A stretch of 39,319 nt of DNA from a virus (taxonomy: Duplodnaviria > Caudoviricetes), in IMG/VR virus record IMGVR_UViG_3300048819_000214, positions 1-39,319 of that record. The stretch is one strand, 5' to 3'. The first letter of the stretch is position 1; every line of letters starts with the position of its first letter. This document shows positions 1-8,836 of this stretch, piece by piece. The translations under genes and the position numbers were made by a program. A model generated the notes under the pieces. That model did no database searches and was not told where the DNA came from. It was given only the letters and a program-made list of their open reading frames with translations.

Positions 1-299
1 GCTAAAACAATGCTAGATCCAGCAGCCATTGTATTAACAATATTTTTCTGCATAACATTAGCCAGCAATACACCTGAATCAGCTACAGCACCGGCGGTCC
101 CACTGAAAACTACAAGATCAGTACTTACTACAGGCAACGTAGGTAATGGAATATTACCGGCATCTACAACTTGATTTAATGTATAAGTTGCAACGCCTTG
201 TATATAAACAACTGTTGGCGTGCATTCTGTATAAGTTCCTGTGCCCAGTTGATTAATTGATCCTGTGTACAAATAAATAACATCAAAAATATCATTTGG
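1..299. repeat. Terminal direct repeat, left copy (circularisation overlap)
   Basis: Matches 39021-39319 except at 128, 195, 202, 219 and 248. Confidence 0.97.
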
Positions 300-446
300 T
301 GATGGTTTATAACCCATTAGATTAGATGTATTTAAATAACCTGCAGTTGTTAACACTGCGAGAGAATCAGTACAAACCAATTTCCAACGTGTAATTAACT
401 GATTTACTTGACCAACATAATAAGGTGTTAAGGATACGATTGACAT
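1..446 (-). CDS. 5' part of a ~246-aa Thr/Ala/Gly-rich putative virion protein that continues across the join (39020->38726)
   Basis: ATG at 446 with GGAG RBS. Reads MSIVSLTPYYVGQVNQLITRWKLVCTDS...DIFDVIYLYTGSINQLG, in frame with the 38726..39292 ORF; 446+295=741 nt. Confidence 0.85.
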   Translation of the reverse strand, partial: MSIVSLTPYYVGQVNQLITRWKLVCTDSLAVLTTAGYLNTSNLMGYKPSPNDIFDVIYLYTGSINQLGTGTYTECTPTVVYIQGVATYTLNQVVDAGNIPLPTLPVVSTDLVVFSGTAGAVADSGVLLANVMQKNIVNTMAAGSSIVL

Positions 447-468
447 GATTTAAAACTCCATTTTAAAA

Positions 469-1044
469 TTAAGTACTTACTAAACATCCACTAATAACTA
501 ATATAGATGATGCAGTTAAATTATTTGCATTACCATATACAAATGCAGTGTTATTCGGATTTGATACTACTAAATTTAATTCGTTATATCCATTTGGCCC
601 ATATGCATTTAATTGTGTATAACTCGAAGAAAATGCAAAATTTGAATATACTGCATCCAAAGGAAAATAATTGCCAGCTCCCAATCCAATAACAAATGGT
701 AATCCAGTAATAATAATTGGACCTGAGGCTGTTCCATTAACTAATGCACTCAAACTTAGATTAATATTAATAAAACATAATTTACCAATCTGTATACAAT
801 TACCCATTTGAGAGCTATATGTAATTGTCGAAAACGCTCCATTTGTTGGAACAAATGCCGGAGTAAATGGAATAGGCAATATTGTTGAATTAAATAATGT
901 TTGTAATTGTTGAAGAGTTAAAGAATAAGTAACTCCACCTTGAACAGCAGGAATTAAATCAGTTAATAATGGAGATGTTTCATTGGGCAATGAATCAATG
1001 GTAATACCATCAATTGGAAAACTTGAAAATACAAAATTTGTCAT
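469..1044 (-). CDS. Short tail fibre / receptor-binding tip protein
   Basis: GGAGG RBS. N-terminal ITIDSLP...DLIPAVQGGVT attachment-type motif. C-terminal beta domain is paralogous to the C-terminus of 1071..3518. Confidence 0.65.
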   Translation of the reverse strand: MTNFVFSSFPIDGITIDSLPNETSPLLTDLIPAVQGGVTYSLTLQQLQTLFNSTILPIPFTPAFVPTNGAFSTITYSSQMGNCIQIGKLCFININLSLSALVNGTASGPIIITGLPFVIGLGAGNYFPLDAVYSNFAFSSSYTQLNAYGPNGYNELNLVVSNPNNTAFVYGNANNLTASSILVISGCLVST

Positions 1045-1070
1045 AATTACCTCCTCTTTAAAATTAATTA

Positions 1071-3518
1071 TTAAACTGAAACATAAGATCCTGAAATATA
1101 AATTGCAGAAGTTGGTTCAATTGTTGAAGCAGGTAATGGAGTATAAGCCGCATTTTGAGAAGACATTTCATAAATATTTATAACTGAAGCGCCAGCTGAA
1201 ATAACTGAAACAAGTTGTAAAACTGAAGCTGGACAATTTATGAATCGATATAAAATAGGGTTAATTCCATTGGTTCCAGCAGCAGCTGCTGCAGGGAGAC
1301 CTGTAATAGTAATCACGCCAGATGCTGTACCGATAGTAAAGGCTGATAAACTAATAGCCACATTAAAGAATATCAATTTTCCGATTTGAATATAAGAAGC
1401 TGTTTGAACAGCATAAGTAATAGATCCAAATGCACCCGTAGCAGGTGACAAAGTAGGTACCCAAGTACCTGTAGTTTGAAGATTAATACCTGCGCCATTG
1501 ACGGTTGCTGATCCTGTACCACCGCTGATTACAGGAAGAGGCGTTGAAAGCGCAAGACTTGGCGCAGAAATTTGGCCAGCAACAGATAATTGTTGTAATT
1601 GATTTAATGACATTCCTTGCGTTAAAACACCAGCAGCATTAGCAGTATTAAAAATCAAAGTTCCTGGTACAACTCCTATAGAAACTGGACCACTTACATA
1701 GCTTACTATGCTACTAGAAAGTGTAAACTGTGTTCCATCAGAACCGTAAGATTGCCATTGACCAATCGGATTATTAATTGCTAAAGCTGTATAAGATCCT
1801 ACTGAAGTACCATTGCTTTTAGCAGAAATAAATTGTGAAGTATTTGCAGCTGCTGACCAAGTTGTAGTTGCAATATTTGCAGAACTTGAAACAGCACTAA
1901 CTTGAATTTGACCTAAACCCGAAGACGCAGCACCAACTGCTAACGTGGTAACTGCAGGTGATGAAGTCCATGTTGGCGTTCCAGTTCCTCCAGATTGAAG
2001 CAATTGACCTGCAGTGCCAGCAGCTGAAAAAGCAATTGCAGTAGCACTAGAATAAGCAACAGCTCCGGCAACGGCAGTTAAAACTGAATTTGTTCCACCT
2101 AAACCTAATGATAATTGACTAGCCCACGTTGGAACACCAGCAGCTGTAGTAAGTACAGCCGTTGTGGCAGTTGCTAAACCAACTATCGTATTAGCAGCTG
2201 ATGAATATAAAATCTGATTAATTGTACTTGTAGCTGGCCAAGTTGTTGTAGACCATGCTGGCGTAGTTGATGCGCCTGACTGAAGCATTCGATTTGCTGT
2301 AGCTGTACCCGCAAGAATAGCACCAGCCGAAGCTGTTGAATAAAATATTCCCCCATTAGATGCGGTAAGATCCGCAGAAGTCCCACCGGAATTTAAAGGT
2401 AATGGTGTAACTACAGAAGGTATTTGTGATGTTGTTGCTAATGTTCCCGTAGTTGGAAACGTTACATTAGTTGTACCGGTATATGTTTGGATAACCGAAA
2501 ATGCACCTGAAGTTGTAAATGTATTTAGTCCACCATTAAAACTTAATCCACCAACCAAAAGTGGTAAAGAAAAAGCACCTACAGTCGGATTAATCGATGT
2601 CGCTGATCCTAATCCTGTTGTTAATGCATTATAAATAAGAGTTCCTGTACCGGTTGCCCAATAACCTGAAGCCGCTGAGCAATCAATACTTGAATTAAGC
2701 GCAATGACTTCGGCACCTGTAGCAATTGTAAAAGTAGATAAATTATTATTAGATTGTATTACTGAGTTATTAATAAAAACGCCAGAACCTGCTGATATAA
2801 CAAAAGCATCGGTTACAAATCCACCTAATATTTCTACTGTGCCACCTGAAATAGTTGATGCTGTATCCGTTGAAACTATTAAGCATCCATTTATTGTAAT
2901 GAGACCGGCTGCTACATTAAAAATTTGCTGGCCTGATGGCGCAAAATCAGTCGAATTTGATTTAAAAACAGTTGCGTTAGGATTATTGAAAGAAAAACAA
3001 GGTCCTGCTTGACCGGTGAAAGTGCAGTTATCCATATTTAAAGTACAAGTGCTGGTTCCAGCAACCGAAACAGCTGGCAAACCTGCATTTGTAGCAGTAA
3101 AACTAAGTGAATCTAATGATAATATCCCACCAGCAACAGAAGAAGTATATGTGGCATTGCCATTAATTGTAACCGCAACATCGGATGCTCCAAAACTCGA
3201 ACAATGAACATAATCTAATAAAGTAACATTTTCTGTGTAAGTTCCAGGATTTATCAAAACTTGTTGTTGTTGTGTCATTGTAGCCACAGCAGATGCCGCA
3301 TTAATAGCTGATTGAATAGTTGTATAAGGTCCTTTAGCGCCAACAATGAATGGAAACGACATAACCGGTGAGAACTGTGCAGCAAAATTTACAAATGTCA
3401 TGGCTGCATCATTAGTAATCCCATATGGAGATTGACCGAAATACATTAAATCAGATGAAACATTGCTTGTTATTGGATTTCCAATATAAATTTGATGAAT
3501 ATTTTCAGGTGTTGCCAT
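1071..3518 (-). CDS. Tail spike/fibre with beta-helix domain, GGT repeats and C-terminal tip domain
   Basis: VGAKGPYTTIQSAINAA...INPGTYTENV beta-helix cap motif, LPxxxGGT repeats, Thr/Ala/Ser/Gly-rich, 815 aa, in the tail cluster. Confidence 0.75.
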   Translation of the reverse strand: MATPENIHQIYIGNPITSNVSSDLMYFGQSPYGITNDAAMTFVNFAAQFSPVMSFPFIVGAKGPYTTIQSAINAASAVATMTQQQQVLINPGTYTENVTLLDYVHCSSFGASDVAVTINGNATYTSSVAGGILSLDSLSFTATNAGLPAVSVAGTSTCTLNMDNCTFTGQAGPCFSFNNPNATVFKSNSTDFAPSGQQIFNVAAGLITINGCLIVSTDTASTISGGTVEILGGFVTDAFVISAGSGVFINNSVIQSNNNLSTFTIATGAEVIALNSSIDCSAASGYWATGTGTLIYNALTTGLGSATSINPTVGAFSLPLLVGGLSFNGGLNTFTTSGAFSVIQTYTGTTNVTFPTTGTLATTSQIPSVVTPLPLNSGGTSADLTASNGGIFYSTASAGAILAGTATANRMLQSGASTTPAWSTTTWPATSTINQILYSSAANTIVGLATATTAVLTTAAGVPTWASQLSLGLGGTNSVLTAVAGAVAYSSATAIAFSAAGTAGQLLQSGGTGTPTWTSSPAVTTLAVGAASSGLGQIQVSAVSSSANIATTTWSAAANTSQFISAKSNGTSVGSYTALAINNPIGQWQSYGSDGTQFTLSSSIVSYVSGPVSIGVVPGTLIFNTANAAGVLTQGMSLNQLQQLSVAGQISAPSLALSTPLPVISGGTGSATVNGAGINLQTTGTWVPTLSPATGAFGSITYAVQTASYIQIGKLIFFNVAISLSAFTIGTASGVITITGLPAAAAAGTNGINPILYRFINCPASVLQLVSVISAGASVINIYEMSSQNAAYTPLPASTIEPTSAIYISGSYVSV

Positions 3519-3523
3519 ATTTT

Positions 3524-3703
3524 TTACTCCAGTAAAAGCATAGGTGCGCCATTTAACAGATTAAAATTGCCGCCTGAAAGTAACAAAAAACGATTCGCAG
3601 AAACCGGCGGTCCCATTGTTCCATTATCATTATTAGAAACAAATGGCGATTCCAATAATGGACTATTCACAATGCCAAATGCTGGTAATACTGGCCATGA
3701 CAT
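3524..3703 (-). CDS. 59-aa tail-associated small protein (not in ORF track)
   Basis: GAGGA RBS, MSWPVLPAFGIVNSPLLESPF...RFLLLSGGNFNLLNGAPMLLLE*; fills the gap between neighbouring genes. Confidence 0.7.
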   Translation of the reverse strand: MSWPVLPAFGIVNSPLLESPFVSNNDNGTMGPPVSANRFLLLSGGNFNLLNGAPMLLLE

Positions 3704-3713
3704 AAATTAATCC

Positions 3714-4091
3714 TCAACTTGTGATCCAATAAAATCTGATCGAAATATCTACACCGGTGCCGGCAGTGATAAAATGTAAAACATCTCCGCCTTTTACTTC
3801 ATAAGCAGCCGGATTAAGTGCTGATAGTGTTGGCGCAAATGCAGCACCTGCCGGAACTGTTGCAGTAGCATTTAATGCTACCCATACTGCATCACCTGGG
3901 TCACTTACAATAATAGCTAATAATCTTGCAACCGCAGTACTAGAACAATTACCCAAAGCAAATTCTATAGGAACTGTTAAAGCTGTATCCGTACTAGCAA
4001 TCAATGTTGCTGAATAAGCCGTATCAGTTGGCTTTAAACCGAAACCGTTATAACCGTTTATGTCGCGTGAACACGCAAAAAGTGTAGTCAT
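3714..4091 (-). CDS. Putative virion protein, 125 aa, beta-rich
   Basis: AAGGA RBS, co-oriented in the tail cluster. Confidence 0.6.
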   Translation of the reverse strand: MTTLFACSRDINGYNGFGLKPTDTAYSATLIASTDTALTVPIEFALGNCSSTAVARLLAIIVSDPGDAVWVALNATATVPAGAAFAPTLSALNPAAYEVKGGDVLHFITAGTGVDISIRFYWITS

Positions 4092-4162
4092 GAAATGTCC
4101 TTTACAATGACGTTAATATCCATTAAAATCAGTATCTTATTTTTATTATACCGTAAATCATT

Positions 4163-4852
4163 ATGAACATGAATTCATTGAAAGATAGTATTCTTAAGCA
4201 TGTCAATAAAAAAAATAGTGGTTGCTGGGAATGGCTTAGAGCCATGAATAGTAATCAAGGAGTTATTGGGTTTAAAGGAAAAACATATAGCGTTAGAAAA
4301 TCTCTTTTTAAAATATATTATCCATTTATTGAAATTGAAGGTTATCTTCGAAATTCATGCTCTGATAAAAAATGTGTAAATCCAGAACATCAACTAACTA
4401 GAGACCAATATTTTTGGACATTCATATCGAAAAATCCTAATACAAATTGTTGGGAATGGACTGGGCAATTAAAAGGTGGTTATGGCTATTTTAGCATTAA
4501 TCATAAAGACATTCCGGTTCATAGATTAATGTTTAAAAAATACAAAGGAATTATTCCCCCAAAAATTAATGTTTGCCATTCTTGTGATAATCCTAAATGC
4601 TGTAATCCAGATCATTTATGGCTTGGAACCCAGGCAGACAATATAGCTGATATGCATATAAAAAAACGTGATTATAAATCTTTTGGTGAAAATCATCATA
4701 CTGCAAAAATTAATGAAAATAATGTACGAGAAATTAGAAAAAAATATAAAGAAGGCATGAAAATGAAATCTATTCATCGCCTTCTAAATATTCCTTACCG
4801 AACTATTCAACATGTTTGCACTGGAAATACATGGAAACATATTAAGGATTAA
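4163..4852 (+). CDS. Free-standing HNH homing endonuclease (two HNH-like units plus C-terminal DNA-binding helix region)
   Basis: CWEW...CVNPEH and CWEWTG...VCHSCDNPKCCNPDHLWLGTQADNIADM motifs; antisense to the tail operon. Confidence 0.9.
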   Translation: MNMNSLKDSILKHVNKKNSGCWEWLRAMNSNQGVIGFKGKTYSVRKSLFKIYYPFIEIEGYLRNSCSDKKCVNPEHQLTRDQYFWTFISKNPNTNCWEWTGQLKGGYGYFSINHKDIPVHRLMFKKYKGIIPPKINVCHSCDNPKCCNPDHLWLGTQADNIADMHIKKRDYKSFGENHHTAKINENNVREIRKKYKEGMKMKSIHRLLNIPYRTIQHVCTGNTWKHIKD

Positions 4853-6891
4853 TATTTGATAAAATAATTTATTGCTAAGTTGACAGGTCTTGTTTCGTCA
4901 CCACCTGTTGGCGAAGTACTTGTTGCTCCGGTTCCACTGTTGGCTAATGTTGCATTAAAATTACTTCCTGACCCGGTATCACCTGTTGGAATATTATGTA
5001 TGTGATTGAGAAATGCTTGATTTTCAAATGATGCCAAATTAGCGCCGGTAGATTTTGTTGTATCAAATGTTATTCCAGGAATAGTACGGGTTGCAGCATC
5101 TAAATCGATCGTTGCAGTCGTATCCAAAGCTCGCCAAAAATAACCAGCTGTATTTAAAATCATAAATTGATATTGATTTACAGCTGCAAGAGTAGCAGCA
5201 ATCGTAGTAGCTATTGTTGGCGTGCCTGTTAAATTCACTTGAATATTAGCACCTGTTGGGGCTATTGGAGCTGTACCAACTCCAGCAATGCTATACCAAA
5301 CATTATAAACAAGACCCAATGAACCATCGGTAAATGTCCAATATTGACCGGCTGTTGGAACTGTTACAGCTGAAACTGTATAAGTAGTATTTGCTACAGT
5401 TGCTGTAAATGTCCATCCTGTATCTACATCAGCAGCTGTTCCAGCAGCAACGGTATTAAGCTGAACAAAAAAGCTTGTTGGAGCGCCGGCTTTATTGAAT
5501 AGAGTTACAAAATTTGGCCCAGTACCATACATAGGTACTGAATTAGCAGGTAAAGTAGCTGTAAGACCTGCCTGTGTAATACTTATGGCTGAAGAATTTA
5601 GCAATAAATAATTCATCAATCTTTGATATGGGATACCAATTGTTGAATAAGCACTTGCTACAAATGTAGCACCATTCATCAATAACTCATTATTAACTGC
5701 GGTAGTTTGAGTTTTACCAATAATTTGACCCACCACGGAATGATCTGCAATTGTTCCCTGTGGCGTTAATACCAGTGGTAAATATAAATCACTACCATCA
5801 TAAGCAGGAGTAGGTAAATAACCAATAGTTGATTGCTCAATAAAAATATCATTAGGTGTTTGGGGAAAAGCTGTAACTTCAGTTACGCTTGGTGTTAATA
5901 CAAAATCTGTAAATAAAACTGTTTGTGCCGAATTTGGTAATCTTAAACAAATTTGTAAATAATCATTATCAATTGTTGGTCCAACACTATCATTTGTATT
6001 TGGTGGAAAAGGGATAGAAATATTATAAATAGAATTGGTTGAAGAAATTATTTGCGTTCCAATTACTGTTTCAACGATATTTCCATTCGCTGGAGCTGTT
6101 GAACTTCCAGTACCAAAATATTGACGTAAAATTATTTCAACAGTTGGAGTACCACCAGTTGAAGCATAACCTTGCCAAGAAAAAGTTAATGTATTATCTG
6201 CAAATTTATTTACATCAGGAAAAGTTAAACATAGATCTTTTCGTGAATAATTAGCATCCGTCCCATTGGTCGCTATTGAAATATAATAACGTGGGTTGGC
6301 ATCAACTAAAGGATTTGAGCTTGCTGTTAATTCACGTACAAAACTAACTACGTCTGTTGAAGTCGAAGTTGATTCTTTTTCAAATGTCCAACCACCAGGC
6401 GCAATATAAGAAACCGTATCACTTTCATTTGTAACAATCGTAGCTGTTGTAGGTTTATTGTTGTGTAATAAAAATTGCCCATTCGCGACAAAATTAAGAA
6501 CTTCATTCTCGATAATTATACTTGAAGCTTCAGCCATATTTGGTGGCCAATCTTCTCGTGTAAACTGCAAAACACCTGCAGAATTGTAAACTGTTACATA
6601 ATAAAGTTCTGGAAGTCCTGTAATAAGATTGAAAGGATAAAAATAGGGAATGATATCATTGCCATTATTATCCGCAAAAGTTCCTACAGCAGTTAATTGA
6701 ATAGGATTATTTAATACGCTAAATCCAGTCGGTGAACTATCATCTAATTGATAGATCGGCTTTAATGTCGTTTGGCTATCTTGCTCATAGAATGTAACTA
6801 TGCCGCCTGCCATAGCTTCTGCAGTACCTTTATCCACGAAATACCACTGAAGTGGAGTTGAACTTATATACAGCGGATTTGGGAACGGCAT
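4849..6891 (-). CDS. Tail fibre with collar-like C-terminal domain
   Basis: N-terminal GGIVTFYEQDSQTTLKPIY...NPIQL virion-attachment-type motif; C-terminal FWRALD...NHIHNI...GGDETRPVNLAINYFIKY collar/tip signature. Confidence 0.8.
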   Translation of the reverse strand: MPFPNPLYISSTPLQWYFVDKGTAEAMAGGIVTFYEQDSQTTLKPIYQLDDSSPTGFSVLNNPIQLTAVGTFADNNGNDIIPYFYPFNLITGLPELYYVTVYNSAGVLQFTREDWPPNMAEASSIIIENEVLNFVANGQFLLHNNKPTTATIVTNESDTVSYIAPGGWTFEKESTSTSTDVVSFVRELTASSNPLVDANPRYYISIATNGTDANYSRKDLCLTFPDVNKFADNTLTFSWQGYASTGGTPTVEIILRQYFGTGSSTAPANGNIVETVIGTQIISSTNSIYNISIPFPPNTNDSVGPTIDNDYLQICLRLPNSAQTVLFTDFVLTPSVTEVTAFPQTPNDIFIEQSTIGYLPTPAYDGSDLYLPLVLTPQGTIADHSVVGQIIGKTQTTAVNNELLMNGATFVASAYSTIGIPYQRLMNYLLLNSSAISITQAGLTATLPANSVPMYGTGPNFVTLFNKAGAPTSFFVQLNTVAAGTAADVDTGWTFTATVANTTYTVSAVTVPTAGQYWTFTDGSLGLVYNVWYSIAGVGTAPIAPTGANIQVNLTGTPTIATTIAATLAAVNQYQFMILNTAGYFWRALDTTATIDLDAATRTIPGITFDTTKSTGANLASFENQAFLNHIHNIPTGDTGSGSNFNATLANSGTGATSTSPTGGDETRPVNLAINYFIKY

Positions 6892-6925
6892 TATTAATAT
6901 CCTTTAAATTTGTTTAGTTCCAATG

Positions 6926-8836
6926 TCATTTGCTTTCCTCAGGCGCTATTGCCGAACTTGTCGCGCCTCCCAATCCAGGAATATGCCATTTCTTATTTGC
7001 TATCATGGCATTGATTAGTTTATCGCGTAATGTTGGGCTTGTCAGAGCTTTGGTTGAAGCGTGACCTAATATTCCTGATCCTAATGTAGTGGCCAAAAAA
7101 CCCGGCAGTCCTGCGCCTACTGTACCGCCAGCAACTTGAGTTATTTTTAAAATCGCATCTAAAACTCTAGTGGTCTGGCCCTTTACTCCGGTGTCAGGAT
7201 TAAACATTAAATTCAATGCTTTTTTATTTTGGCCTACTAAATTTGAATAATTTTTAAGCTCTTTATCGAAATATGGTTCATGTATCAATGCTTTTCGTTG
7301 ATTTTCTCCCAATTGTCGATACAATGAGCTTAATTGAATGGGGTCAACATTCCCTTCTTTATCGACAGCTTTTGAGAGGTGCGCTAATAATGGTATATGC
7401 TTGTCTATGGGTGCTAGTTTGCTGGTTAGCTTTGTCAGGAGTGTAGCGCGATCATTTTTGCCACCTTTTAAAAAGTGTGGCAATAATAAATCGGGATCAC
7501 CACCTTTTTTAGTAAATTTAACAATATCTTTATCTTCAAAAGGTGCAAACTTTTCTGCATAATCTTTTTGATTTTGGGCATATAAATCTTTCAAATTAGG
7601 ATTTTCTGATCCTTCAAAAGCTGTCTTAATATCTTCACTTAAGGCATCTTTTAATTGAGAATACACTCCAGAAGCATGCGTATCACCTGATACATATGCT
7701 TGATTTGCTTTTTTACCCAAACCTTTGCTGCGAAAAATATTTGTATTTTTAAGAGTATTTTCTTCTTTATTTGAGGCATATCTTTCTAAATCTGATATTA
7801 ATTTCGGATCATTCTCAGCATTTAATTCAGAACTAGATTTCATTTCATCTAGTAAATCTTGAGCGGTTGAACTTAATTTTTCACGCCCCACTTTCATTCC
7901 TGCTTCATCAGCCGCTTTATCCAAAGCACGATACCCTTGATTTTTTTCTTGAGTAGCCTGAGAAGCAGCTTTTTTCAATGCTTCTTGCATTCTTATGCCA
8001 TAATTTCCGGGATCAGTATTTTTACCGATCATATCTAAAATGTCCGCACCTTTATGGGTAATATTATTTGCATTTCTCCCCATTGTATTTTCCGCACCAG
8101 AAAATAAAACATGAGGCAAAATATTCTCATAAGCTCGATTTAGGCTGGGCGATTCGATAATACGACCTAGCCCTGTTTCCGTTCCTTTCGCAGCTTCTTG
8201 ATTTGATGCCAGCTCTTCAGGAGACAAGTTACCTCTAAATATATTAGAAGGACGCAAAGCATTAACAAGCTTACTCACAAGTGGAACTGTTGCCCCACCT
8301 ATAGCGCCCGAGGTAGCACCTTCCATAGGATTTTCTGTTTGTGTCGCTCCATATGCTGCTTGTCTTCCTGCATTTGCAGCCATACGAACAGGAATTCCTG
8401 CCGCTCTTCCTGCAATAGCCATATCCGCTTCTGGAATCGCTAAAGCGGGTGCATATTGAGCCAAGCCGCGAATAATCTTATCTGCTAATGTTGCAGTACT
8501 GGGTAGATTTAATAGGTGAGCAAAATCATAATTTTTCTGTGTAGGAATATGCGAAGCCGCTGAAGGGCTAACCATATTTACGATATTATGAGGAGCATTT
8601 AATAAACCATGGCCGCCTTCTGCTAATCCTGCAAATATATTGCGGGGTAACTTATTAATGAATGATTGATCTGAAGAATTATTTTCATTAGTTTGATTAA
8701 TATTTTGATCATTAATATTTTCATCCCCCGCAAGAAGTAATGATTTACTCACATCAGATAATGAAGGACGATATCCTTCTGACTCTTGTGTTTGCGTAAC
8801 ATCTCTTAATGAAGGTTGATAAGACATTAATGCCAC
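6926..8836 (-). CDS. DNA ejection (internal virion) protein, P22 gp16-like position
   Basis: 636 aa, helical with Gly/Ala-rich hydrophobic segments; third of three genes after the hub gene. Confidence 0.6.
   Translation of the reverse strand: MALMSYQPSLRDVTQTQESEGYRPSLSDVSKSLLLAGDENINDQNINQTNENNSSDQSFINKLPRNIFAGLAEGGHGLLNAPHNIVNMVSPSAASHIPTQKNYDFAHLLNLPSTATLADKIIRGLAQYAPALAIPEADMAIAGRAAGIPVRMAANAGRQAAYGATQTENPMEGATSGAIGGATVPLVSKLVNALRPSNIFRGNLSPEELASNQEAAKGTETGLGRIIESPSLNRAYENILPHVLFSGAENTMGRNANNITHKGADILDMIGKNTDPGNYGIRMQEALKKAASQATQEKNQGYRALDKAADEAGMKVGREKLSSTAQDLLDEMKSSSELNAENDPKLISDLERYASNKEENTLKNTNIFRSKGLGKKANQAYVSGDTHASGVYSQLKDALSEDIKTAFEGSENPNLKDLYAQNQKDYAEKFAPFEDKDIVKFTKKGGDPDLLLPHFLKGGKNDRATLLTKLTSKLAPIDKHIPLLAHLSKAVDKEGNVDPIQLSSLYRQLGENQRKALIHEPYFDKELKNYSNLVGQNKKALNLMFNPDTGVKGQTTRVLDAILKITQVAGGTVGAGLPGFLATTLGSGILGHASTKALTSPTLRDKLINAMIANKKWHIPGLGGATSSAIAPEESK

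Noticed and set aside
1-299. Diversity-generating retroelement TR/VR pair
   Set aside because: The mismatches are not adenine-specific on either strand, no reverse transcriptase is present, and the repeat sits at the contig ends.
4092-4852. Group I intron carrying the HNH gene
   Set aside because: The flanking genes are complete with their own start and stop, and there is no room for an intron core.
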